This document shows positions 42,462-51,725 of a DNA stretch of 64,000 nucleotides, in pieces (within the stretch, counting starts at the first letter, position 1; each line of letters opens with the position of its first letter). The notes under the pieces were generated by a model. That model saw only the letters and a program-made list of their open reading frames with translations, ran no database searches and was not told the origin of the DNA. The DNA lies in assembly GCA_051599415.1 (NCBI GenBank), contig AP039707.1, positions 124,001 through 188,000 on the forward strand. Direction: 5' to 3'. Origin of the DNA: Savitreella phatthalungensis. Lineage: Eukaryota. The position numbers were made by a program, and so were the translations under genes.

Positions 42462-44288
42462 CTATCCGTGCGCGCTCGCTCGTGTCTCCACGACGTCTTC
42501 ATCGTGTTGAGGAGTATACTGTGTGTGATGTTGCTGTTGTTGGTCGTGTTCTTCGTCTGCTGCGATGAGTGCGTGGAAGAGGTGTGCTTGACCTCTTGAG
42601 AAGTACATGCAGGGAGCTTCACGCCTTGCGGTTGCCCCTGTGAGGAGACAGTACCTGACAGACCCATTTGGACACTCGAACATGGCGTCTAGGAGGAGTG
42701 TCTCTAGAGTCCTCCTGAGTGCTCTTGCCCCTGTCTTTGCCGTCCTGGCCTCGTTCGCAATCGCCCTCAAGCCAGCACGGGTCACGTGGAGCTCGACACC
42801 AGACCCTGCAAACAGCGCAACGTACTGCGACACCAGCGCGTTCCGAGGCTCACACAGCACACGCACAAGCTCGTCCTCGCTCAGCGTATCACAACGCGCG
42901 TACACGGGACACCGACCCACAAGCTCAGGAATCAAGCCGAACGAGACAAGATCAGCAGGAGAGACGAGCTCCAGTGGGCTGTAGCCTGCGGTGTGGGTAC
43001 GCGTGGGTGAGAAGAATGGTCGGGTGGAGGGGAAGAGGAGGTCGAGGTCGGTGGTGGTGGAGGAAGAGCGGATGGGAGCGTTGAAACCGATGGTTGATCG
43101 AGAAACGCGGTCGGTGACGACCTTGTCGAGGCCGACGAATGCGCCCGTGAGGATGAAGAGGATGTTGGAGGTGTCGATGGTGTGAATTTCGCCTTGTGAG
43201 CGGGGCGGTGCGGTGGCGGCGAAGGGAGGTGCTTGGGATGCGGTCGCTGTGTGAGGTGGTTGGGTGGGGTTTGGAGTGGATGGGTTGGCTAGGCCTGCGG
43301 TGGTGCGATGCCTGCCTTCGGCAGAAGGCGAGCGGTGGCCCTTGTCGGAGATCTGGAGGGTGGTGCCCTCGAGGATCTTGAGAAGGGCCTGCTGGACGCC
43401 TTCGCCAGAGACGTCCTTCCCAGCAGAAGGCGTGTCGGACCGCCGAGCGATCTTGTCAACCTCGTCAAGCACGATAATCCCAGTCTCAGCACGGCCGACG
43501 TCCCAGTCAGCCTGCTGCAGAAGCCGAGCCACACACACCTCCACGTCCTCGCCAACGTACCCAGCCTGCGTGAACGGAGTGCAGTCGGAGATTGCAATCG
43601 GCACATCCAGTAAACGCGCTAGCGTACGCGCCAACAAAGTCTTGCCTGAGCCTGTAGGACCGAATAGCAGGACGTTCGATTTCTCGATCGATGTCTCCAG
43701 GATTTCTGGAGCGATCGCCTCTTCTGACGTGTGGGAGACGTCGATTGTCCGGTCAGAGTCAAAGAAGTCTTGCGCGAGGGTGCTTCCAGGGGAGTGTGAC
43801 TGTGCTGTGTCTGCGGTAGAAGCTCCTTTAGGAGCCCAGCTACGCCGGTGCTGTGATGCGCCCGTGGAGGAGTTGTCATGGTCGAAGGGTGCGGTATCGT
43901 TCTCGAGATCGGCATCCTTGCGCGCACGCGCCCTGCTCTGTCGAAGCGCTTCGCGAGAGATCTCAGGAACAGGACTCTCATGCTGCTGCTGCTGTTGCTG
44001 CTGCTGTTGCTGCTGTTGTTGGTGCTCGCGCTGCTTGCGAGCATGCCGGTGTCTGAGTGCATGATTGTAGCATGCTACAGCGAGTGTGCGCTTCGCGTGA
44101 TCCTGACCGATGATGTACTGGTCTAGAGCTTGCTTGAGTGAGCGCGGGTGGAGTGTCCGCCTTGTAGAGCTCCCTGTGTGCTGGCGGTCGTCTGCCTGCG
44201 GCGCCGGGCGGCCTGTGGAGGCGAATCTGAGATGACGACGACAGACTGTGCTGACTACGAGAGGCGTGCGACCCAGGCGCATCCTCAT
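42462..44288 (-). CDS. MCX1: Mitochondrial ClpX AAA+ unfoldase
   Basis: Arg-rich presequence, KSNVLLFGPTGSGKT, TQAGYVGEDVE, LDEVDKI, DVSGEGVQQALLK, IGF loop, TGARALR. Confidence 0.93.
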   Translation of the reverse strand: MRMRLGRTPLVVSTVCRRHLRFASTGRPAPQADDRQHTGSSTRRTLHPRSLKQALDQYIIGQDHAKRTLAVACYNHALRHRHARKQREHQQQQQQQQQQQQQHESPVPEISREALRQSRARARKDADLENDTAPFDHDNSSTGASQHRRSWAPKGASTADTAQSHSPGSTLAQDFFDSDRTIDVSHTSEEAIAPEILETSIEKSNVLLFGPTGSGKTLLARTLARLLDVPIAISDCTPFTQAGYVGEDVEVCVARLLQQADWDVGRAETGIIVLDEVDKIARRSDTPSAGKDVSGEGVQQALLKILEGTTLQISDKGHRSPSAEGRHRTTAGLANPSTPNPTQPPHTATASQAPPFAATAPPRSQGEIHTIDTSNILFILTGAFVGLDKVVTDRVSRSTIGFNAPIRSSSTTTDLDLLFPSTRPFFSPTRTHTAGYSPLELVSPADLVSFGLIPELVGRCPVYARCDTLSEDELVRVLCEPRNALVSQYVALFAGSGVELHVTRAGLRAIANEARTAKTGARALRRTLETLLLDAMFECPNGSVRYCLLTGATARREAPCMYFSRGQAHLFHALIAADEEHDQQQQHHTQYTPQHDEDVVETRASAHG

Positions 44289-44473
44289 TTACCCTGTTCC
44301 AAGCCTTTGACGACTTCTAGAAGCGACAGTAGCTGGTTTAACAGCTTCCTTGACGTTGCTTGCCCTCTAGATGTGACGTTACACAGGCAAGGCCTTGTGA
44401 GAGGTTGTACAGAATTACCCCACACACACATGTGTTGACTCAGATTCACGTGGGAGATTCTAAATACGTACGT

Positions 44474-44492
44474 ACGCGTCAAACAAACGCGT
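44474..44492. promoter_or_regulatory. Tandem MCB elements (2 x ACGCGT)
   Basis: ACGCGT at 44474-44479 and 44487-44492, about 50-70 bp upstream of ATG 44544. Confidence 0.6.
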
Positions 44493-44543
44493 CTTTATCG
44501 CAAAAGAAGACATTCAGACGCAGATACACTCTCGCTGACGAAG

Positions 44544-45152
44544 ATGGCAGGACATGATAGCAAGCGCGTCAAGCTAGAATCCAATGACAGGGGTATCGAG
44601 CAAGGTGAAACGCTGATCGGGGGCGTGGACGCTGAGTTGGTAGCTCGGTTGCCCAGAGAGGCGTTGCTGGATATCGTGTTGCAGGTGCTGGCGACGAGCA
44701 GTGCAGTGAAGGCGTTGGTGCTGGACAAGTTGGCGACGGAGAAGCTGCATGATGCAGACGCTGTGGTGTTTGATGAGGAGGCGACGGAGGATGAAGATGA
44801 GGAGGATGGTGATGACGGGTACGAGGACGAGGATGCGACGATTGGTGAGAGCGAGGATGGTCAAGGTGGAGACCTCTTGGGAGCTGGAGGGATTCCAGAA
44901 CACAAGCTGCCCGTCGAGATGAGAGGGAAAGGATTGAGTGAGCTGGCAAAGCTCATCATGCAGGTCATGGTATCTGCGCCAGCGCCAGACGGCGGTATGC
45001 CTTGGCGGGAGTTTGAGGGGATCTGGCCACCTGCACTCGGCACAGTCGAAAGGGCTGTCGACGAGTTGAAGGAGAAGGGTTTGCTGGTGGCAAAGGACGT
45101 AGCTGGAGAGTTCGTCGAAAGCACCGTCCCCATACAAGAGCAAGACGAATGA
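44544..45152 (+). CDS. Small acidic orphan protein with an NLS-like N-terminus and an RPA32-C-like winged helix
   Basis: SKRVKL, an acidic tract, then GLSELAKLIMQVM...DGGMPW...TVERAVDELKEKGLL. Confidence 0.65.
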   Translation: MAGHDSKRVKLESNDRGIEQGETLIGGVDAELVARLPREALLDIVLQVLATSSAVKALVLDKLATEKLHDADAVVFDEEATEDEDEEDGDDGYEDEDATIGESEDGQGGDLLGAGGIPEHKLPVEMRGKGLSELAKLIMQVMVSAPAPDGGMPWREFEGIWPPALGTVERAVDELKEKGLLVAKDVAGEFVESTVPIQEQDE

Positions 45153-45314
45153 GATAGGAAGAGATAAGGAAAAGCACTTCGAAGGACCATGCTAAACCAC
45201 CACGGGAATTGGTGATAACGATACAAGAGGTACAGCGTAAGAGTACAGAGTGAGAAGTGTATAATACATGGGCAAATGTCATCTTACGTGATCGTGCGTG
45301 ATGTTCCCAAGGTC

Positions 45315-47549
45315 TCAAGCAGATTCGACCTGAGCAAGCACAGTCCTGACGCGCTCTCGCAGGTCGAGCGATGGATCTTGCTGGAGAAGCGAGAGGGTGT
45401 GAAGGATGCCGAGTTCTGCGAGTCGTGCAATTCTGAGACGCCGGTCGTGCGCTCGGGACTCGTCGTCGTGCCAAGTCAGGTTGATGAGTATCCAGACTGC
45501 GGCAAGTCGGACGTCTGTGGAGGAGGAGATCGCATTCGGTGGAAGTCTGGCGTGAAGGAGCTCAAGCAGTCGCGGTTGACGCATGATCAGATCCCGGTGA
45601 TCCTCTCCGCCAGCCGCCACATTCACAAGCGTGTACATAGCAGACGTAACGAGCTCAAGTCGGTCACTAGCGAGACCTGCGCACAGCGTCTGCGTCAGAG
45701 CGTCCACGCCGCAGCGAGATACTAGCAAGTCAACGTTCTCAGGTCTTCCACAGGCGATATTGCGCAGAATCTCCATGGCTTGCTCTGCTGCCGCCCAGGA
45801 GCTCGTCATTGAGCCCGTCGATGAGCCAGTCTCTGTAGAAGAAGAAGCAGCTGCTGCACCATCTATGCACAGCATGAGCAAACGGCTCGGGGTCATCTCA
45901 TCCAACACACGCTCCTTGATGTCAGCTTCTGCAGAGTAGACGATGTGCTTGAGTGCCCAGAGCGCATTCAGCTGTAGCTCTGCATGGGTGAGTAATGCCG
46001 GAGCCGAGGCAAGTCTGACGAGGATTGGGATAATCTGCTGGTCTATGAGCAGCTTGCGCATCGGGCTGAAGTCGAGGACGATATTACACACTGCAGCTGC
46101 TGCAGCTGTCTGGACGTTGACGTCCGTGTCGTTGAGGAGAGCGAAGATGGCAGGACCGACACCTGCGTCAATCAACGCAGTCCGGAGCATGGAAACGCTT
46201 CGAGATAGGCTGCGGATACACTGGCACGCGGCTGCGCGCACTGATGGTGCTTCGTGCCTAGTCGCGGCGATGATGAGCGGCACGCATTTTGCGTCGACCA
46301 CCTGGCGCCTGTAGTCATCTTTGAAGAGCGATACGGCGGCGATGGCAAGTAGCGCCGCTTCCTTCGTCGTTGGCGACACATCTGCTGTCCCTGGCGTGAG
46401 GATAGAGGCGAGCCGCTTGACTGCGCCTGCTTCGCACGCCGCCTTCTGCATCTCGTCACTGTCGGCTATCAGGTCGGTCAGGATACGTGGTGCTTTGCCT
46501 GGCATTTCATCCGCTTCATCAAATAGTCTGACGACGATAGGGAGGACGACAAGAACCATGTCGCGCTTAAAGCGTTCCGGGATACAGCCGTTTCTGCAAA
46601 GGTTTGAGAGTGCAGCTGCAGCAGCTAACCGTACTGGAGAGGAGTCACTCCGGATGAGGCCGACGAGTGCACCAACGAAGGGGTGTTCGTCTACTTTGTC
46701 GGCATCCAAAGTGGCCCCGGGAGCGTCTTCGATGGTTGATCGAGTTTCAGGGCTGTCGCCCTCCATGATGAGTTCAGACAAGTAGCTCCAGTCCTGAATA
46801 GCTGCAGTGATGGCACCCAAACATGCCTCTAGTAGCTTTACGTGCATCGCAGTAAAGCCTGTCCGCCGTCGACCTGACTGAGTGACTGACATCACGAGGT
46901 CGACAAACAGGCGGAAGAGTTGTTCGGTGAAATTCTCATCGACGTCGGTCGATTCATCGAGCGTGGCGAAGAGTTGTGCTATCAAGGTGGCCTGAGAGAT
47001 AAGGACTGGCTTTGGTGTTGCGAGAGCTCGAGTCAGCACCTCCACACACCAGGAGCCTTGCGATAGGAATGCCCACAGATTTGCGGAGTCCTCTTGTGTC
47101 TGTACTATCTGGACAAGACAGCGTAAGCAGGGCAGCCGTAAGGGTGAGGAGATATCTGAGTTTGCGGCGAGCGAACCGAGAATTTGTACCATGTTGAGCT
47201 GCGACACTAGACCGCGTTGTTGGAGCATCGCGGGAGTAGCGTCTCCTCCACAGAGTGCAGCTAGGACAACAACTGCCTCGACTTGTGCCGCCTGCGCTTC
47301 ATTTGCTGCATTTGCTGTGCTTGATGCATTCGAGCTAGCAGCGGTGTTCTCAGACCTTCCTTGTGGTTGTCCTGCACAGACGGCGAGGAGACGTGGGATG
47401 ACGCCAGCATCGATAGCGTACTGTTTCCGCTCTACGTGACCGATGACATCTGTCTTGAGCTGTCTGAGCGCGGCGAGCTGGATCTCAGGCTCTTGAGATT
47501 CTACATCAGCATAGGAATGTGCATCGAGGTCACGCGTCGCCGAGACCAT
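45315..47549 (-). CDS. Armadillo-repeat protein, ARMC8/Vid28 (Gid5)-like
   Basis: ALRQLKTDVIGHVERK, VRAAACQCIRSLSRSV, AAVCNIVLDFSPMR, LNALWALKH, VWILINLTW. First ATG at 47549. Confidence 0.85.
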   Translation of the reverse strand: MVSATRDLDAHSYADVESQEPEIQLAALRQLKTDVIGHVERKQYAIDAGVIPRLLAVCAGQPQGRSENTAASSNASSTANAANEAQAAQVEAVVVLAALCGGDATPAMLQQRGLVSQLNMVQILGSLAANSDISSPLRLPCLRCLVQIVQTQEDSANLWAFLSQGSWCVEVLTRALATPKPVLISQATLIAQLFATLDESTDVDENFTEQLFRLFVDLVMSVTQSGRRRTGFTAMHVKLLEACLGAITAAIQDWSYLSELIMEGDSPETRSTIEDAPGATLDADKVDEHPFVGALVGLIRSDSSPVRLAAAAALSNLCRNGCIPERFKRDMVLVVLPIVVRLFDEADEMPGKAPRILTDLIADSDEMQKAACEAGAVKRLASILTPGTADVSPTTKEAALLAIAAVSLFKDDYRRQVVDAKCVPLIIAATRHEAPSVRAAACQCIRSLSRSVSMLRTALIDAGVGPAIFALLNDTDVNVQTAAAAAVCNIVLDFSPMRKLLIDQQIIPILVRLASAPALLTHAELQLNALWALKHIVYSAEADIKERVLDEMTPSRLLMLCIDGAAAASSSTETGSSTGSMTSSWAAAEQAMEILRNIACGRPENVDLLVSRCGVDALTQTLCAGLASDRLELVTSAMYTLVNVAAGGEDHRDLIMRQPRLLELLHARLPPNAISSSTDVRLAAVWILINLTWHDDESRAHDRRLRIARLAELGILHTLSLLQQDPSLDLRERVRTVLAQVESA

Positions 47550-48346
47550 CGACTGGACAAAAAGCGCACGATTTCTTGGGAGTCCAGAGTCAAGCGTCTG
47601 GTGCAAGGAATGCAAGCACCAAGAGAATCTGTAAGCGCAGTAAAGCGACTGCTAGAAGCAGCGAATAAGACGAAATAAGACTTGAAGATCGAGGGAGAGA
47701 TGGTAAAAGATGTTGTTGAAGGGTTGTTCTTGACGTCTGTGTACGTGACGTAGTACAAACATCTCCAATCAATCTATATATACACATTAAATCAAGAAGT
47801 AATCATCTTCTAATCCAGTCCATAGATTCACACTAAATATTACTAGACATGATCCAATTCTATCTTCTATTTTTATTAACAAGATTCAAAAGGTTATTAG
47901 TAAAATTGAACGTGCACGGGATTCTTATTCTTTGTCCTTTGTGCGAGGATAGCACTCGTGACAGCAACATAGACATAGTACTCACTCTTCAAGCAACATC
48001 ACCATCATCATCATCAATCTACTATACCATAAGCACAAGTATAACCACATCCATCAACGCCCTCATCTCTTAGACGTCTCTACAAGCTTATAGAAACCTA
48101 TAGACTTTTCTCTCTTTGCGCTGCTATAACAACCCCTTTTAATCAACAGCCATTCACCTTCAGCTTCGAGGTCGCCAAGAGGATGGACTAGAAGAAACAC
48201 GTTCGACGACAACAAGGTCATCTCGGAGACATCTCGTGATCTAGAGCGCTCAGAGTTCAGCCCGGGTCAGCGACACAAGCTACTCAAGAACCTGTCTGGC
48301 AGGATAATTCCAGGTTTCAGCGTGTCTGCATCGGTATGCATTTGAG

Positions 48347-49351
48347 ATGGCCTCGTCCTCAGATCCTAGAGGTAGCGGCGGAGGCGAGATGAGCGGCGGT
48401 GTGAGCGTGCTGGTGGACACGGATGGTGCGGTTGCAGGAAATTCAAAGGCCGCAAACACATCGACCCAGGTACATACCCAGACTCAGACACATGCACATG
48501 CACATGCACAGGCACAGGCACACACGCCAAAGATGCTCCCAGAGACGTTTGCAGAGTGCGAGATGACCGATCTGATCATCCTCGTCAGCGACATGATCCG
48601 TCAACTAATACACCACAACGACAGACTGCCCTTGACACCTAGCGGCCTCACGCGATTTCACAGTCGAGCGCCGCCTGGGATCTCAGTAGCTGACTACCTG
48701 TCTCGAATTGTGCGGTACACGTCACTTGAGAAGGTCTGCTTACTGTCTACGGTGATCTACATTGATCGTCTGTGTGGAGCGTTTCCTAGCTTTGTGGTGT
48801 CGTCACTGACGATTCACCGGTTTCTGATTACTGCGACGACGGTCGCGACGAAAGGTCTGTGTGACGCGTTCTGCACAAACACGCACTATGCCAAGGTCGG
48901 CGGAATCTCACTGTCGGAGCTCAACGTGCTCGAGCTCGAACTGCTCGCGAAAGTCAACTGGCGGATCCTTTGCAGTAACATGGAGCTACAGACCTACTAC
49001 ACAAACCTCTGTCTCAACAGCCCGAGGTACACCTTACCTGATCAGCCGGCACTCGTCGGCAATACCGAGCCACAGCTACAGCACCAACAGGCAGGCACGA
49101 TCGCGCAGTCGGTTCAGGGACAGAGCTCTACGAGTGAGGATGTCGAGGACGAGGATGATGGGATGTACGATGATGGTGATGAGGATAATGATCTCGTGGT
49201 TGTCGGAAGTGCTGATCACAGACCTACCGACCATAATCCACAGTACCCCACGCCACCACCACCACCGCCAACAATAACACAACCCACATCCGCAAAGTCA
49301 CCACTCAAGAGACCGTTCGATGGCACGCACACCCAGCACAGAAACCCTTAG
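48347..49351 (+). CDS. PHO80: Pho80-like cyclin (Pho85 partner)
   Basis: LTRFHSRAPPGISVADYL, IYIDRL, SSLTIHRFLIT, KGLCDAFCTNTHYAKVGG, ELNVLELE. Confidence 0.85.
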   Translation: MASSSDPRGSGGGEMSGGVSVLVDTDGAVAGNSKAANTSTQVHTQTQTHAHAHAQAQAHTPKMLPETFAECEMTDLIILVSDMIRQLIHHNDRLPLTPSGLTRFHSRAPPGISVADYLSRIVRYTSLEKVCLLSTVIYIDRLCGAFPSFVVSSLTIHRFLITATTVATKGLCDAFCTNTHYAKVGGISLSELNVLELELLAKVNWRILCSNMELQTYYTNLCLNSPRYTLPDQPALVGNTEPQLQHQQAGTIAQSVQGQSSTSEDVEDEDDGMYDDGDEDNDLVVVGSADHRPTDHNPQYPTPPPPPPTITQPTSAKSPLKRPFDGTHTQHRNP

Positions 49352-49493
49352 CCCTCTCACACCGCTCTCAAACACATGTACATAGTACGATATCGCTTCA
49401 CGTCGCCTGTTTAGGTAGATCGAAGAATTGTATACAGTAGACGGCATTTGTCATATACTCCCCAAGTGTGTGTATGTGTGTCAGTCGATGGCA

Positions 49494-50738
49494 TCATCCG
49501 AGTAGGTAGGCGATGACGAGTGCGAGGACGAGTAAGATGATGGGGCTTGCGAGTGCTAGTTCCGGCCTGATGAGTTTCTGGAGTAGTCCTGGTACAGGGT
49601 GAGTGATTGGACGGAGGTCGAGGATGTTGCATTTGCCATCGATCGAGACGGTCGCTAGCCGGGATGTCCCCGGCGAGAATGCTACTGCAGAAGGAGGGAA
49701 AGCGTGTAGGACGTTAGGCTTCCATGACTTCAATCGGTCGAGAGACTGTCCGGCGTACAGATCCAACGCACCGTCGGCGTACACGACGCCGACCAGGTGA
49801 GTGGGCTGTGGGGTGGAGGTGTTACGTTTTGGAGAGGGAGCAGCATGGAGGTCTTTGATGCGCCGAGGGACCTGGATGACCTGGCGCTGGGTGGCGGTGC
49901 CTGCGATGACGTCGAGCGTGTACAGGGCCAGGTAGGAGTCCTGGCGCTTCGAGGTGGCTGGGTTGAGGGCGACGAGGAGGAGTGCATCGTCGAGCAAGGT
50001 GGCGAACTTGGCAATCCGGTAGTCTGTCAAGATCTTGTAGCTGTCAAGCGCCACAAGCACAGCCTCGTTCTCCACGTTCTTTCCCTTCAGCGCGTACGCA
50101 TACACCGCCCGCTCGGTCGCAGCCAACACGCGCTCCTCCCCGCATACGCAAACATCTACCCAAGTCTTGTCCTTGCTCGACAGGAGCGGCAAGGAGAGCG
50201 CATTGAACTTGGTCGTATCCACTACCGCAGCTCTTCCTTCTGCAGACAGGATGGCGGCATGTTTGCCAGAAGCGCTCACGCGGACCAGCTTCTGATAGTC
50301 GTCTAATTTCGGGTCTAGATCAAGCACCTGGTGTGAAAGGGAGAGTTTGATAGAAATCTTGGCCGGTGAAGCTGCAGCGGAATCCTCATCAATGCCTGCC
50401 TTATCACTCGTCCCCACAGATCGATCGACCTTGAACGTCCGCAGATGACAGTTGTCCCCCTTTGACTCCTTGCGAGCTTTCGCACTCTCGTTCACGCCGG
50501 AGATGGCAAGTCTGCCGTTCGGCAAGGTTGCCAGACACATCGGAGCGTCTTCATCAGCGGCCAGTTTCAGCTCACCCACTAAAGGAGCGTCCGGCCGTGC
50601 GATGTTGTGACAGGCAAGTCTGTTTGCAAGCCCCGTCTTGGAAGGGCCTCCACCGCCAGCTAGAAGTAGCTCATCTTCGCCTATGAAGCTTGCGCCGTAG
50701 ATTGGGAACTTGTCTATGAAGAAGGAGGTATTGGACAT
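49494..50738 (-). CDS. SEC12: Sar1 guanine-nucleotide exchange factor (beta-propeller plus C-terminal TM helix)
   Basis: FPIYG...LLAGGGGPSKTGLANRL (K loop), DDYQK, HAFPPSAVAFSP, C-terminal hydrophobic helix. Confidence 0.88.
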   Translation of the reverse strand: MSNTSFFIDKFPIYGASFIGEDELLLAGGGGPSKTGLANRLACHNIARPDAPLVGELKLAADEDAPMCLATLPNGRLAISGVNESAKARKESKGDNCHLRTFKVDRSVGTSDKAGIDEDSAAASPAKISIKLSLSHQVLDLDPKLDDYQKLVRVSASGKHAAILSAEGRAAVVDTTKFNALSLPLLSSKDKTWVDVCVCGEERVLAATERAVYAYALKGKNVENEAVLVALDSYKILTDYRIAKFATLLDDALLLVALNPATSKRQDSYLALYTLDVIAGTATQRQVIQVPRRIKDLHAAPSPKRNTSTPQPTHLVGVVYADGALDLYAGQSLDRLKSWKPNVLHAFPPSAVAFSPGTSRLATVSIDGKCNILDLRPITHPVPGLLQKLIRPELALASPIILLVLALVIAYLLG

Positions 50739-50871
50739 GAGGTCAGGAAGATTGATACAGCCTCAGTGGCTCTTTCTAGAAGTGTCTGTGGTAGAGACAG
50801 TGTAGATAGTGTATAGATGGCTGTCATACATGAGTGTCAAGTTGTCTTGTGAGGGGCAGTCGTTTGGCATT

Positions 50872-50983
50872 CACGTGATCAAGCTTAATTTGTGGAGAAG
50901 CAGAATACACGTGATCTACTCTTGAAGTTCGCTCTGATTGTGCACGTGCGTGATAGTCGTTTGATCGGGGGATTGTGCACGTG
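50872..50983. promoter_or_regulatory. Four CACGTG E-boxes at 35-36 bp spacing
   Basis: CACGTG at 50872, 50908, 50943 and 50978. Confidence 0.6.
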
Positions 50984-51371
50984 ACTGTGTCGATCAGGTG
51001 CAAGCTCTCACTGGCAGTTGTACTAAAAATAGAATCAAATTCAATCTTGATATGATATGTGTATTGACGCCTTCTACGCTTACCCTCACTCTCTACTCAA
51101 CAAGGATCCTCAACTTTCAACGCGTTCTACAACAAGCTACAAGCTAGTCAGCGGGTCTCAGAGAGTCTTATTTGACAGCGGCATGTCTCTTCTACTTGTC
51201 ACTTCCTCTTTGGGAGATCTCCATGTGTTGTCGTTGAGCTGGATTCCATAAACTGTAGAAATATACCATCATAACCACTTTATCGCTGTAGAGAGAGTCA
51301 CTCAACACACGATGCACAACACTGCCCATCTCTAGCCCATACGATACTGCCAGTAGCCCCAGCAGCACTCG

Positions 51372-51458
51372 CAACCACAACCACAACCACAACCACAACC
51401 ACAACCACAACCACAACCACAACCACAACCACAACCACAACCACAACCACAACCACAA
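51372..51458. repeat. (CAACCA)~14 microsatellite
   Basis: Perfect hexanucleotide run. Confidence 0.95.
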
Positions 51459-51725
51459 CACACACAGTGTCAGCAGTTCCACCAGCAACAACCATCAACG
51501 GCCGTATGCCCACACGTATCCACCTACACGCATCCACCTACACCCACACACACACGACCCTCTACTAGCATTGACGCTGAACGGTCACTTCATCAGCCAT
51601 TCACTTCAACAACAAGCTCATCAACAATCGACCTTCTTCTAGCTACAATCCGCTAAGTCACTCATCGTCTACATCATTTGATTTTCTCCATTTCCACTCC
51701 CTCAGCTTGCTATAATCAACTCACA

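Noticed and set aside
51192..51537. Poly-WL and poly-V ORFs
   Set aside because: Translation artefacts of the (CAACCA)n microsatellite.
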